Source: Octopus sinensis
Lineage: Eukaryota
NCBI RefSeq assembly: GCF_006345805.1
Contig: NC_043006.1
Location: 77,562,001 to 77,626,000 of the forward strand
Length of the DNA: 64,000 nt
Direction: 5' to 3'
Both the position numbers and the translations under genes were made by a program. Of this stretch, positions 12,814 through 26,955 are shown piece by piece. The notes beneath the pieces are model-generated. The model saw only the letters and a program-made list of their open reading frames with translations, did no database searches and was not told the origin of the DNA. Within the stretch, counting starts at the first letter, position 1; each line of letters opens with the position of its first letter.

Positions 12814-13069
12814 ATGTTTGTATATATACATACATGTATGTCTATATGTGTGTATTGTTTGTGTGTCTTTATTTGTATGTGTGTGGGATTGTATTTTCGT
12901 GTTTCTATTTTCGTTTACATGAGATTTTCAGATAACTTGCTTGCTTATTTTTCGATTTATCTTAATCTTTAATTTTCATCAATGGTCTTTACAGATCAGC
13001 GAACAATATATTCCCCTTCTTTGTTCAGGATTCCCTGACAATATTTCACTATCTTGTCTGTACCTCGAT

Positions 13070-13250
13070 GGAATAAACCACTTCGTCTTCTTTGGAAGAA
13101 TTTATGTAGCTACGCTTTCAGCTCCATATCATTGCTGAATGAAACACCTCGCAGTCCGTTGGAAAGTGAGAGAAAAAAGTAATAAACTGAATGCCCTATA
13201 TCAGGAGCATACGGTGGATGCTGCAGAACTTCCCAACCGAGCCTTTGATT
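13070..13250 (-). mobile_element. mariner transposase C-terminal fragment
   Basis: LGWEVLQHPPYAPDIGHSVYYFFLSLSNGLRGVSF, a degenerate YSPDLAPSDYHLF motif. Confidence 0.8.
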
Positions 13251-14349
13251 AGCATCCTGCTGAAATTTGTGACCCGAAGCTAGTGTTGTCATATTGCTGA
13301 ACACGTCGTCTGTCGGTTCGTTTCAACTACATTGCCCCCTTGAGACTGTATATCCCTGAAAGTAAAGCTCTATGTTGACCATATTGTTATTTTCAAGATT
13401 TTTTCAGTGGACTAGACCTAATCAGTATCATCAAGTGAAGATCATTGTCTTACGTGGATACAGTGTGTGTGTGTGTGTATGTGTGTGTGTGTGGATGTGT
13501 GTGTGGCTTTCTGTGCACATATATAGGCATGTATGTATGTATGTATGTATGTATGTATAGATAGATAGATAGAAAGATAGATAGATTGGTATTTTTATTG
13601 ATATTCATAATTTGCGTGTGCATTGCGATAATAATAGACTTGTATTAGGAATCAATACTCATATGCTTTAGAGTGAACCTCAGTCGAGTACACAGCGGCA
13701 CTCAGATTGAGATGACAAACGAATATGTAATTCGTTAGCTTACAGCTATAAGGTGATGCTTAGGCTCTCAATTATGAGTGCATTTCATCTCAAGCAGAAA
13801 CAGCTGTAAGCTATGGAAGTTCATGAGTTAATTATTCATTCTTTTCTTATCAAAATATGTTGTATGACTTGTTTTCTTACATTTCAAATTTAGATTTTTT
13901 ATCCTGTCTGTTGTTGTGAAGGAATGGTTATCTCCCATGTTTTATCGGCCATTGCCAAAGGGAACCACCTGTATATACATTCACGTTTGTATGTGTGAGA
14001 GGTGTTTGTCAGTCTGGGTGTGGGTGTGTGTTAGAGAGAGAGAGCGGGATATGCGTGAGTGTTTATGTGTGTGTAAATTAGTAATTTCCTACTAGTGTGT
14101 TATAGTCAATATATAGATGAAAGTCATTGAAATTGTTCCGATAAAATTTTATGATTAAAACAGAATGATCCTTTATGCAAATTTCTTTATTCTCTTTAGA
14201 GAATCATTACTGTAATTAACAATTCTGTTTAGGGTTATTAATGTTATTAGTAGATGTTTTTGTGTGCAAATATATATATATATAAATAGCATACGATCGA
14301 ATGCTATTAACAAAACAAGCAACAAAATATTTCACACCGTTCAGTTAAT

Positions 14350-15115
14350 AATGGTTTCAAATTTTGGCACAATGCCAGCAATTTCAAGTGAAAGGTAAGT
14401 TAATTACATCGATAAAAGTAATCGACCGGTACATATTTTATCGATCCAGAAAGGGTGAAAGCTAAAGTTGTCCTCGGATGAATTTGAACTCATTTCATCT
14501 GCAATGACGGATGTTATGCCGCTAAGTATTTCGCTCAGAGAAGCTATCAATCCTGTAAGCTGACTGTCTTTATATCTATTATATATATATTGGTTTCCAA
14601 TAAGGCAGCGAGCTTCTAAGTCGTTCTAAGTCCAAATTCTACCGGGGTCGACTTTCATCCTTTCGATGTCTATAAAATAAGTACCATTAGTAGAGGAGTC
14701 GAAGTAATCCACTCCCAACTACCTCATTATTTATTTATTTATTGGCCACCAGGCCTCAACCAAGGACGGACAAAAGGTGAAAGTCGATCACATCGTCCTC
14801 ATTAAGTAACTAGTAATTATGTAATCAATGCCGAAAGATGAAAGGCGAACTAAACCATGGCGGAATTTGAACTCACAACGTGGTGGCAGACGAAATACCT
14901 ATTTCTTTACTACCCACAAGGGGCTAAACACAGAGAGGAGAAACGGATTAATTCGATTATATTGACCTCAGTGCGTAACTGGTACGTATTTAATCAACCC
15001 CGAAAGGATGAAAGGCAAAGTCGACCTCGGCGGAATTTGAAATCACAACGTAGCGGCAGACGAAATACCGCTAAGTATTTCGCCCGGCGCGCTAACAATT
15101 CTGCCAGCTAGCCGC
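14350..15115. mobile_element. Cluster of second-family tRNA-SINE copies (Meta-domain-like), mostly minus strand
   Basis: Repeated CCCCGAAAGGATGAAAGGCAAAGTCGACCTCGGCGGAATTTGAA at about 14450, 14830 and 15000; plus-strand copy near 14600-14700; head GCTAACAATTCTGCCAGCT. The Meta-domain label is from memory. Confidence 0.75.
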
Positions 15116-16449
15116 ATTTTCCCTACCTCATTATTGCTAGCCTTGTGCCAGAAATTGAAATAGATATTGATAATAGATATAAACAACAATTAATTAAATG
15201 TCTATTCTTTGTATAACTATACATATTTAAATATAATTAATATTTGTTTATGAACGTAAACTCTTTATTGAAACACTGTTGCTGGATGTTCTTTCACTAT
15301 AATCTGCACCGGAGAATGTCTTTTAAAATTTGTTTGACGTATTAACGCGGAGAGCTTGACTTATGACAACACTTTCAATTCTGATATATTTTCAGATTGT
15401 TTCTCTTTTGGTATGTTTTCTTATCGTTGTATCCTATTATCAAATGAGGATGGGATATAGAATCTCTCGATGAACATAGACCAGGATTCCTGAAGGCGAA
15501 TACTGCAAGTGTTTACATTGGCTAACACACTGTATATAAGTTTGGCTTAATTAAGTATTATTATACGTTTGGTTAAATTAAATATTATTACACGTTCCCA
15601 GAAGCAAAAACTACAAATTGGTTTTAGTCTGTTAGTGTGTAATATGCGTCTGTTTCAATACGGTTGTCTTTAATAAATATTTTTTCTATTCTATTAGGAA
15701 TTAAATATTGTTATTCATTCTATAAATTAATACTTCTAATTACTTTCATTTCTCTGTGTTTTCTTTCCACAGAATAAAGTAATTGTCCATAAATCGCTAC
15801 ATCTCCAAGTTCTCTGTCAGATATTAATAGACGAAGTTACTGTAATTTCGATGCGATTCTCGATGCATTGCATTTTCCAAATATTGTTTAAATAAATTTT
15901 CGTAGGCTGTCGTTATTTTAGTTACCAAGACACAATCAAATAGAAGAATCTGTATTAGGCAATTAATGTTAAACCTGTAATCAGTTTGTGAGTAGATACA
16001 GGAAATGTACCCGCTAAATTATCCAAGGAGAATTTTGGGCCGCTTTTTATTTCATACTCGTCAAGGATGTTCGTACCTAAATTGTTTACTTCAACAATAT
16101 TTGAGTTTTGTTGTTGACGGTTTTTGGAAGCTGCTGAAGCATATGCTGATCGTTAACTTGTAAGGCATTTAAATATAGTTAAAAATTTTCTGAAGCACAG
16201 CACACCATTTCAACACCAAAACGTATACTTGCAGATAATTTTTATGCCGAAATAATCATACATTTATAAGGATTTGTTAAACACAACTATACCTAGAATT
16301 AAAAAAATTAGTTATGAAATTACGTTGAGTATAAGTGTTTTTTTTTTCATTATTTATTTCTGGTCGTAGTATTTGTACGTTTGTAGAATGTATTCTCATC
16401 TAACATAGAAAAATGTAATCATAATATATAGTATTCAGCTATACACGTA

Positions 16450-17004
16450 CGAGAGTGAGTGAAAAAATAATACCATTATGTTTAGGACAGATATAATTAC
16501 CAACACCGGAACATGTGTCATACATCAAAATGAAGCTAGTCCTCTGTGGATCACGTCTCTACTCCTCAACATAGTCACTGTTTCTTTCAATAGCAATGTT
16601 TCACCTTCGAATGAGAGCATGTATCCCTGCCCAGTAAAATTCTGTTGACTGAGCCATTTCTTCATACAGTTTTCCTTGTCACGGGAATAATTTATGCCTC
16701 TCAAACCCTCTTTCATGGGGCCGAAGAGATGATAATCTGAAGGTGCAAAATTATTCCCGTGACAAGGAAGTGAAAACTGTAGTGAAGAAGTGGCTCAAAG
16801 AACGGTCAACAGAATTTTACTGGGCAGGGGTACATGCTCTCATTCGAAGGTGGAACATTGCTATTGAGTGAAACGGTGACTATGTTGAGGAGTAGGGATG
16901 TGATCCACAGAGGACTAGCTTCATTTTGATGTATGATACATGTTCCTGTGTTGGTAATTATATATGTCCAAAACAAAATGGCATTACTTTTTGACTCACC
17001 CTTG
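16450..17004. mobile_element. mariner fold-back element made of two right ends
   Basis: TA-C(G/A)AG(A/G)GTGAGT..AAAAA termini with TA flanks. Arms of about 250 bp encode the transposase C-terminus on opposite strands (LAPSDYHLFGPMKEGLRG on minus; KEVKTVVKKWLKERSTEFY..HALIRRW on plus). Confidence 0.9.
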
Positions 17005-17369
17005 TATATTAAGGTTTCTGATTGTGTTTGTCATTATATTTTAATTCACTTCCTTTCCACAGAAATTGACTTGAAGGCATTATGCATGATATACGAAAAA
17101 TTAAAAGCAGTCACAAAATATGTCAATATGTCAACTAATATAATATAACATAATACAAACACGCACACACAAAATACTGACACGGACACACATACTCATA
17201 TATATATACACATAGTGAGAGAGAAAGAGACAGGGAGAGGGAATTGAAGGACATTGTATCTCATTAGATATATATTGCGGTTTGCAATATTTCATCTTTT
17301 GGTTAGGTATTTTTTATTCTGAATTTTGAAATTATATTCATCTAAGGTGGTGTCCTTGAGGAATCCTTA

Positions 17370-17470
17370 TCAAGCGACACAAAATGCTTAGCGCCATTTT
17401 ATCCGACTTTACGTCTTCAGTTCGAAATCTACCAAGGTCAGCTTCGGCTTCCATGCTTTCAGAATAATGG
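17370..17470 (+). mobile_element. SINE head fragment (second family)
   Basis: AAAATGCTTAGCGCCATTTT..TTCAGTTCGAAATCTACCAAGGTC matches the reverse complement of the 15000-15115 copy. Confidence 0.55.
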
Positions 17471-18040
17471 GAACGGTGTAATTGACATATCTTCCTCTCT
17501 GAAATTGCTGCTTTTGTGCCACAATTTAGAACCAATGTTACCATTTCAACATATACCATTTCAGTATTATTAATATTCAAATATAAAAGTTTGATACATG
17601 TCTTTTTGCGAACATAATATCTCAAATAGAAAGTGTATTTAATCTTTATGTTCTTGTACATTGAATAATGCTGTTTACCTGCAGCGATTATATTCCATTT
17701 TCATATTTACTTTCCATCGTCTTTATCACGTGTTATGAATCATTTTTGTTGATGCAACTCTGTTACATAACTAAGTATATTGCAAGTATACGGGGTACAA
17801 GAAATACCAGAAGCATAGCCTTCACAAACAATTGTGAATGATGTGATATGCTGCTTCCTAACACCGATTGACATTTCTTAGTCTGTTTATAACATGTTTT
17901 TTGTTAGAATGTCTATTTTATCCTTGAATTTATTCAAAATATTCCATCATAATGTGACATCCTGTCAATAAAAGTTGCGCATTGGATGTTTACTACTTAC
18001 GCTGTTGGAGGTTTGCTGTCTTAATATACGAGTATATACA

Positions 18041-18114
<74 letters not shown>

Positions 18115-18228
18115 TTCAGATGAATATGGTACTTACGTTGAGGCACCAGAATTCAGTAAGGTATTATCCATACAATTTCAAAATAAGGTGATTAAAATCA
18201 AAATATGCAACAAGGATGCACAGAGGTA

Positions 18229-18322
18229 ATGCAGTACGATCGTTCCATGCGACTCCATTTAATTGAACAATGCAATCATTTCATTACATCAATTTAAGAT
18301 GTACAGCAATCTTCAGTTGCAC
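18229..18322 (-). ncRNA. Family D hammerhead, partly decayed
   Basis: Minus strand GTGCAA-CTGAAGA-(long helix II)-GGAA-CGATCG-TA-CTGCAT, followed by TACCTCTG as in the 2876 copy. GAAA is mutated to GGAA. Confidence 0.6.
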
Positions 18323-18565
18323 AAAGGCATGGACTTTAATTAAATTAGAAAGACACTTTAGTATAATTTTACCTAAAATCTCCAAGAATATCAGGATATA
18401 GCCAAAGAACATGTTTTACCAACAACATTATAGTTGTTACAACTAGGGGTTACAACTATGATGGTAAAATATGGTCTTTGTCTATCTCCTTATTCTCTTG
18501 GAGGTTTTAGGAAAACTTATACTAAAGTGTCCTTCTAATTTAATTAAATTCTATGTCTTTGTGCA
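18319..18565. repeat. Imperfect inverted repeat forming the 5' fold-back of the family D copy
   Basis: GCACAAAGGCATGGACTTTAATTAAATTAGAAAGACACTTTAGTATAA pairs with TTATACTAAAGTGTCCTTCTAATTTAATTAAATTCTATGTCTTTGTGC. Confidence 0.85.
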
Positions 18566-18828
18566 GTTAATGTTTATACTAAGCATTAATATAAACAGCT
18601 ACGGGCAATGTGATTCCATAAAGGAAGTTTGAATCGCCACTAGGTATGATTAAGGCTACCGAAGCACCTACATTGCTAGAAATAAGAGTTAAAATACGTT
18701 TAATGCTGTATGAAGAGCGCAAATATATACATATACTGACATAGGAGGTATCCGCCCCATGAGCATCTCTATGAAATTATGTCAGACATATCAACGAGAG
18801 AGGATGAAAGTGTATATGTATATATATA

Positions 18829-19254
18829 GAAAGCAAACATAATCTGGGATATGCCAATTCACACAGATAGAAAAACTAAGGCCAATAGGCCAGATATAGT
18901 TGTCAGAGTCATGAAGAACAACAGTTGATGTAACGTTACCAGATGACAACGTTTCTTTAAAAGAATTGGAAAATTTTTCAAAATACAAAGACATGGAAAT
19001 AGAGGTAACTCGAATGAGGAATCTATAAACAGAAACAATCTTAGTGGGCGCTTTAGGTATAATAAAAAATATTCAGACAAATACATAACAGAAACACCAG
19101 GACTTACAAATATATATATAACATACAGAATATTACACTACTGGGCACTGCACACATAGGAAGCAAACCGCTTTGAATACAGTAACCATGAAAGCATCAC
19201 ATCAAACCACAGCACGTACTCAAGGCACACAGAGCTGCACTCGGTAGTGAAAAA
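18829..19254 (+). mobile_element. R4/Dong-like non-LTR retrotransposon 3' end (restriction-like endonuclease)
   Basis: WDMPIHTDRKTKANRPDIVV..DVTLPDDNVSLKELENFSKYKDMEIE..LVGALG..LLGTAHI with frameshifts; short 3' UTR then (GAA)n. Confidence 0.85.
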
Positions 19255-19353
19255 GAAGAAGAAGAAGAAGAAGAAGAAGAAGAAGAAGAAGAAGAAGAAG
19301 AAGAAGAAGAAGAAGAAGAAGAAGAAGAAGAAGAAGAAGAAGAAGAAGAAGAA
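19255..19353. repeat. (GAA)n microsatellite
   Basis: Directly visible pure array. Confidence 0.97.
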
Positions 19354-19555
19354 CGTTCCTGCTAACCCAATTCAGCCTCTTTTGTATTCCCTTGGTGTAC
19401 CTTTCTTAATTTACTAAAGGAACTCAAGCTTTTTGTAATTCTGTTGTATTTCTCATTCTGATTTACTTGAAGATACTGTTCTACTGCATTAGCTTTAGCT
19501 ACTAAGGTCTGCGCTTAGCAGGGTCCCTTGATTTCTTTTTTTAACTCAAGCAATC

Positions 19556-19852
19556 AACTATGACGATTTGATGTGGGAAATACGAATGTTGTGATCAATG
19601 AGGAGAGTAGACGTGATAGCAATAGTAATTGGTGCACTTGGGGGTATCAGTAATCAAGTACCGGCATGGCTGAAAAAGATCGGTAGAAGTGTGAAAGTAG
19701 AACACCTACAAAAAACAGCATTGCTTGGAACTGCAAGAATTATTCGCAAGGGCTCTTAAAGTATGACCAGTTAAACAAGTGTCACTTCAGTCTGCTGGCT
19801 GTGGACAGCTGACACTTTCCATCATACCCAGCAATATGAGCAGTGGGTTTTA
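19556..19852 (+). mobile_element. Second R4/Dong-like 3' end
   Basis: YDDLMWEIRML*..VIAIVIGALGGIS..LQKTALLGTARIIRK; 3' UTR runs into (ACA)n(AAT)n. Confidence 0.8.
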
Positions 19853-19877
19853 ATACAACAACAACAACAACAACAAC

Positions 19878-19914
<37 letters not shown>

Positions 19915-20176
19915 TAATAATAATAATAATAATGATGATGATGATAATAATGATGATGATGATGATGATGATGATGATAATGATGATGCCGACGACGACG
20001 ACGATGACGAAGACGACGACGACGACGAAGACGACGACGACGACGAAGACGACGACGACGACGAAGACGACGACGACGACAACGACGACGACGATGATGA
20101 TGACGATGATAACGATGATTATGATGATGATTATGACGATGATGATGACGACGTCGACGATGATGATCATCATGAC

Positions 20177-20221
<45 letters not shown>

Positions 20222-20252
20222 GGTGATAGTGATGGTGATGGTGATGGTGATG

Positions 20253-20305
<53 letters not shown>
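19853..20305. repeat. Compound trinucleotide array ACA-AAT-GAT-GAC/GAA-GGT
   Basis: Directly visible; includes a 15-bp higher-order unit (GAC)4GAA. Confidence 0.95.
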
Positions 20306-21164
20306 ACGGACGATAGAATACTCATAAAATGTATGTTACACGAAGCTTTATGAGATAGAAAGACTTTTGCAAAGAATATAGAGGAATTGGCTTAGTAGCA
20401 GTCTTCTCAGTTAGGAGCTCGATTATATCACGCTCATTGAAATCTTGGGAAGCGTACTTTAGTACATCCTCAGAACATTTCACGCCTTGTCATTGAAATT
20501 GTGTAACCGAAATTTATATGAAACGACTTCATGTGTTGGGCAGTGATGCTTCGGCGTATGAATTAGATTAAGGACGATCAATATATGTATGTATGTATCT
20601 CTGCAAGGCACTCAGTCAATTGCACACTAATTTAATGGATACACAGTTTGTTTGATCAGACAGCAGAATACTACCGTAATTAATGCCGAAAGAACCATCC
20701 TCAACGAATTTCACACTATTTTTCACACAGCAGTAAGTAATATAGAGGTGATATTTTAAGCTAAACACACGATGTTTTATGAAATCACGACCTAAATATT
20801 AATCATTACTGTTATTACTGTTATTGGTTTATATGTTTATCTTATGATCTACAAGGATAATAAATATTTTCTTAACAGAACCAACTCTAAATCTACAGAG
20901 AATTCATATCAAGTCGTTTTATTTATGTCAAATATCTCATTTAGCTTAATGAAATATGGCAAGTAGTCAGAAGGGGAAAAAAACATATCAAAATCAAAGT
21001 AACTAACAAAGATTAAATACTGATAACAGTCATAAAGGGTGTGAATACATGAAAACAATGAAATAAAAATATTGTATTCGAAAATATTAAATACTAACAT
21101 TAATACAAGGTCAAAATCCTAACAAGTGAATCGAAATATGTACAAAATGTATCAAGGCAAGATG

Positions 21165-21535
<371 letters not shown>

Positions 21536-21576
21536 AAAAATAAAACAAAAATAAGGTATATATGTATATATATATA

Positions 21577-21744
<168 letters not shown>

Positions 21745-23834
21745 AGTATATCAGTACTTTGTAATAACTCAAATCTGTTCCTCGCTAGAACAGAGTTACT
21801 GATGCATCCGCCAAACCTTATTTCAGCGACTTCAAAAAGTTTTTTTTTCCCCTTTAAGCTCTGCGAAGAATGATAAAGAGTGGAACAGAACTGAATGTGG
21901 TGGGCTCATGAATGCCAGATATTCAGAGAAGTATATTGAATTGCAAAGAGACGATGATAAGTATTTCGGGACTTACGTGTGAGAGGTAAAATGTCGGGAA
22001 CAGAATAAAAGTTCAGAGGGAATTGCAACAAAGTGGAAAGTGGAAAATATTGGTCACTATAAGAAATGAAAATGTCCAAATCGTCAAAGCTTTTCAGTAG
22101 CATTATTTCCACATTTATTTGAACGCAAATATACAACCGACCGGAAGCTAGTTACTGACATACATACTGTAAATAATATCACGTACCTTAAATTTTTCTG
22201 GGTTGCTCTGATAATCGAATATGTAGCATCAATAAACAGGTCCTTACTTAAACTCACACATAGTGCACTGATTTAAAAATAAAGATATAATTGAATATAA
22301 AATGATTGCTATTTCAGAGAAGTAACTTACTTGCTTAGTGATCTTAAATAAAGCACTTTGTGTAATAAAGACTTGTGGACTTACTCTTTTTCTTCGTCCA
22401 TTATATTCCTTTTCAAAAGTTGAGGCTTCTGTGCCACTCAAAACGTTTCCTTCAAAAACTTTATCAAAATCATATGAATCACATATATTTCTTAGAATTT
22501 CCATAAATTATGATGAATTTTTGTTTCTAAACGAATATTTAAAGGAGAGATTGAAATATCATTTTGTCTATTCCGATGTTCTGGTTCTTTCATTTTTGTT
22601 GTTCAATGAGTTCTCTGAACGAAAATGTTTGTGGGAGTAATGCAGTTTTTCTAGACGTTGCCAAATCATGCTAATCAAATTCTCTTGTAAATAATGCCTG
22701 CAGACTTATACAACTGTAAAATATTCCTCTCATGCGTGTACGACTATAAAACATCCCTCCTAAATACAGACGGATGCCTAGTAATCCGCATATTCCTGTT
22801 TTTACAGCATACGAACTTACCCGAGCTTGCAAGCATCACTGCATTTAAGTTTTGCCTACACAAACTATGACTACCTCTCGCAGCTTCATCATTTTATTCC
22901 TTTAAAATGAAAGAAGCAACACAATAACAAGTAAAGCGAACGTTCCTGCTATATTGTAAAAGTTGGAATACATAAGTTAAATGCTGAAATGTTATTTAAT
23001 TTGCATATCATAGTGACCGAGAAAAGAATATGTAATAGTTTTTGATATCGTCTCATATTTGCGAAGTGGGAGATGTAGCTAATATTTAAAATGGAGTTCT
23101 GTATTTTTTTTAAAAACTCTGTGCAGAATATTTGTGCAACGGTTGTAGTATAAACTATTAAATTCAATAGGGAGAATCGGATCCAGAGAAGCTAGTGCAT
23201 CTTTTTCACAATTAATTATAAGTAATTTATAACAGGGCGTTGAGGTTCGTTTTGATTTTTCCTTTTTCATCAATTCATGTACATATCTCACTTGAGCTTT
23301 TGTGTGTTCAAATGTGGAATATAATGCGACTCTATAAAGTATTTCTTAAGCATGTTATTTTACTTGCTCTAATTGTATAAGTTTGGTGTTAGATATTTTG
23401 GATACCCTTCCACAAAAATATTTCTTTGTTGTACGAGAATGATTAGAACTACTGCTTATAAAATTAAATTTTAGAGACTGATATATGAAATATCGGTAGA
23501 ACATGGGAACACTTATGGTGTTATATAATTATATTCTTTTGCATTCTTATTTGTAATCCTGTTGAACTAGAACTTACCTTTCGTCATTCTTCCGTCGTTA
23601 AAGAATGAATTAACAAATCGTCTAGATTCTTTCAACTGCAGTGTACTACCACAACATGTTTGACTGAATACTTATGAAGTAATTTTTCAGTTCGTTTCAC
23701 GTACTTAGCTGCGTGCTGTTATTTCTAAGGTGATCCTTGAAACACTTACAGAAGAAAAGTTAGCTGTAACCTAATTTTGATGATGAAATTACGTAACTAA
23801 AATCTATGAGCCTTTGTTCCATTCTTGTTGTAAC

Positions 23835-24215
23835 TGAGATAGTTCATGTGATGAGAGATTTTCAACGTATTGTTATCTTGTAACCCTTAATTACCATTGC
23901 TGAATCTAAGTGTGTGCAGATAATATTATATGACTAAATCTATTACAATCTTCTCTTATTATAGTAGTCATTGTGATCGTTCGTGTGACGAGCGTTTGCC
24001 TATATTCTGGTGCAACCCTTAATTACCGTTATTGAATCAAAGAGTGTGCAGATAAAATTATATGGCCAGATATATTACCTTCTGACGTTACTATCGTTGT
24101 GATTTCATCGTTCGTGCGACGAGAGATTGTCTATGTACTGAAATCTTGCATGACTTAATTACCGGTGCTGAATCTAGGCGTGTGCAGATAATATTATATA
24201 ACCAGATCTATCACT
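23835..24215. repeat. Diverged tandem repeat, unit 132-136 bp, about 2.8 copies
   Basis: CTTAATTACC..TGAATC.A.G.GTGTGCAGATAA.ATTATAT recurs at 23885, 24017 and 24153. Confidence 0.85.
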
Positions 24216-25614
24216 TTCTTTTTATAATCTTATTCATGTTGAATCTCTTCTTGCAAAGGAGCCGAAGATGAATCAATGTGTGTAAAGCATATAATTATAC
24301 CAATCTCACGAATAGTTCAGTATACAGGGATCTAAAACATTACATCAATCACTGGGCTACCATACCACAACGAACTATTTTCCACGAATTATCTGACACG
24401 CGAGCAACTCATCATCTTGTTTCTTTAAGCAAGAATAATCATAGAAATGGGGAGAAACCCTTACATTTTCATACCATTGTTATTACAGATACAATGTAGC
24501 TCGGGTTTAATCAGACTTATAATTGGACGTTGCCAGCTGAGACCATCTCAGCATATTCTAAAACTTGTTGGATCTAGGAATATGCGTCTTTCAAAAATGA
24601 CTGGTGTATCATTTAAATGGAAATTGTTGTAGCATTTCTAGCAAGTCAATCATTCACTTAGAAGTTCCCTAGTTCATTGTGTGTCCAAATCTATTTTTTA
24701 TGTTAATCTTACACACACACACACACACACACACACCACACACACACACACACACAAACACAAATGGTCATACAGAGATGAGAATTCCTTAAAGGAGACT
24801 CCGAAAAAATCCTGTAATTCTCGTCCTTCAATATGTCTATCATACATTTCCACCATGATATTTTAGGATATTTCACCATGGTATTTCCTTTATTGTTTGA
24901 CTGAAAATGTTTGAGCTGACTTTTAGTTGCATAAAATAAATGCTAATGTATCGAGTTGTAAGCTTCGCATTCTGAGAATTTACAAAAAATATCTCTACTG
25001 GTGACAAAATTTAAAAAGTATTTCTGTTCTTCATTCAAAAGATGCTGCAGTTTCTTTATGTATCTACAACTTTATCGATTGGTCTTTTAAAGTTTGGCTT
25101 TATAGACCATCTATATCTCTGTCAAACAGATACCCATTTTCAAGTGTAAGCTATGAGAAACACGTGCAATTCGCAAGTTTTTGAATCAGGAAAATTGAGA
25201 TACCGAAGGGAGCACCCAGTGAAATATCAACATTTTGGATTTTTAAATCCCGAATTCGTTTTAGCGATAAATACAAGTGTTTGGTACACATACTACCTTT
25301 TCACGAAACAGAGTTCCAAATATAGATTTATTGATGACATTTGAGAGTTACAGGTTGTTTCTCAGTGTTGTCCGATTTGATTGCAAATATTTTTTTTTTA
25401 TTTGTGATGGTTTGTTGGCAGGACATGGAGAACAACTTTTACCTTAGTGAGAGCTCTTGTGTTACATGTGAGTACGTACGGGTTCATGAAATGATATATT
25501 TTTAGTGTTAGGAAATTCATGGCTAGCTTCGAAATTCTGATATATGCGGGGATCTGTGTATATGTTTATATGCATATGAGCAGGCAACAAAGAGTGAAAA
25601 CGCAAAATAAGAAC

Positions 25615-25624
25615 ATCTATCTAC

Positions 25625-25703
<79 letters not shown>

Positions 25704-25730
25704 CTATCTATCTATCTATCTATTTATCTA
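25615..25730. repeat. (TCTA)n microsatellite
   Basis: Directly visible. Confidence 0.95.
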
Positions 25731-25744
25731 GTCCTACATCCGTC

Positions 25745-25808
<64 letters not shown>

Positions 25809-25873
25809 GGATATAGATATGTATATACCGAAACACACACAAATAGACTCATACATACACACACATATGTGTA

Positions 25874-25928
<55 letters not shown>

Positions 25929-26760
25929 CATACTTATGAATGTATAAGTACACATACATATATGCAGCATTTATTTACATCTGATATTTGTTTCTCTGAA
26001 TGACTATTAAAGAGCAGGCAATTTTGAAACAACTGAATTATCAACATCACTATTTGTTTTCAATCATGTTCTTTTAACAGGTCAGTGTCTATCCAACAAC
26101 TATAATCTAAGAAAATGGAATTATTTTACAGAATACCTTTTGTACACAAGATTATAAATCACCGACTTATGTGAGCTTTACAGGAAATTCTTTTTGCTAT
26201 AATAGATTGTATTAATTACATCTTCGAAAATATCTATCCAATAATGGCGTTCGTTCATTGAATTGCTTTTTCGGTTTACTATGATTAGCATAAATAGAGC
26301 AAGCATGACCTCCTTTGTTTAATATGAACTCATTTGTCGGAAATTAAAATTCATGAAGAAGGAAATTATTTGCAAGAAGTCTAGTGTAATCTCTTAAGGC
26401 TTGGCAAAGATATAAACTGCACAGAACAAAGAATAAGTAATAGAAAAAATAGCTATGACTAAATATGAAAGAAATAGATGTGTTGTAATCGAATAGGGAA
26501 TTATGATTTGGCTGTTTACCAATTTTTTTGCAGAATATTTATATAACTATACGCACCTTTAAGAAATAGTAGGAAGTGTTTTGACAATGTTGGTGATCCT
26601 ATATATACACCCACAAACACACACAGACACACACACATACACACACACATATATATATTTATACATAATTAGGATATAGTTATTATTTAACGATTTATCA
26701 GTGGTGGTTAGCACACAAAAATACCGTAATGGTTAATTTATATCAAAATCATAATATGGG

Positions 26761-26847
26761 CATTGAATAATTACTATGCCAGTCTGCCAGAAATAGACCC
26801 CCAAATGGGGTCTACTTCTAGCAGACTGGCGTTGTAATTTTTCAATG
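26761..26847. repeat. Isolated hairpin (about 40-bp arms)
   Basis: CATTGAATAATTACTATGCCAGTCTGCCAGAAATAGACCCC-CAAAT-GGGGTCTACTTCTAGCAGACTGGCGTTGTAATTTTTCAATG. Confidence 0.85.
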
Positions 26848-26862
26848 ACCTAATTGTTTTAT

Positions 26863-26946
<84 letters not shown>

Positions 26947-26955
26947 GACAGAAAA

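Noticed and set aside
13690-13820. GAAA-CAGCTG-TA-AGCTA hammerhead right half with TTGAGATGA/TCATCTCAA pairing
   Set aside because: No CUGANGA or UUGANAA core in the correct position; at most a remnant.
22820-23660. Minus-strand candidate exons (donors AAG|GTAAGT near 23578, CAA|GTGAGA near 23290, CGG|GTAAGT near 22821)
   Set aside because: The frames are short or contain stops, no protein family is recognisable, and such signals are frequent in AT-rich DNA. RNA-seq would decide.
25422-26190. Plus-strand candidate exons (46 nt at about 25422 with CAG|G and GTGAGT; another at about 26080), plus similar ones near 15770, 35494 and 41330
   Set aside because: No consistent open phase across them, several are closed in all frames, and no homology is recognised.
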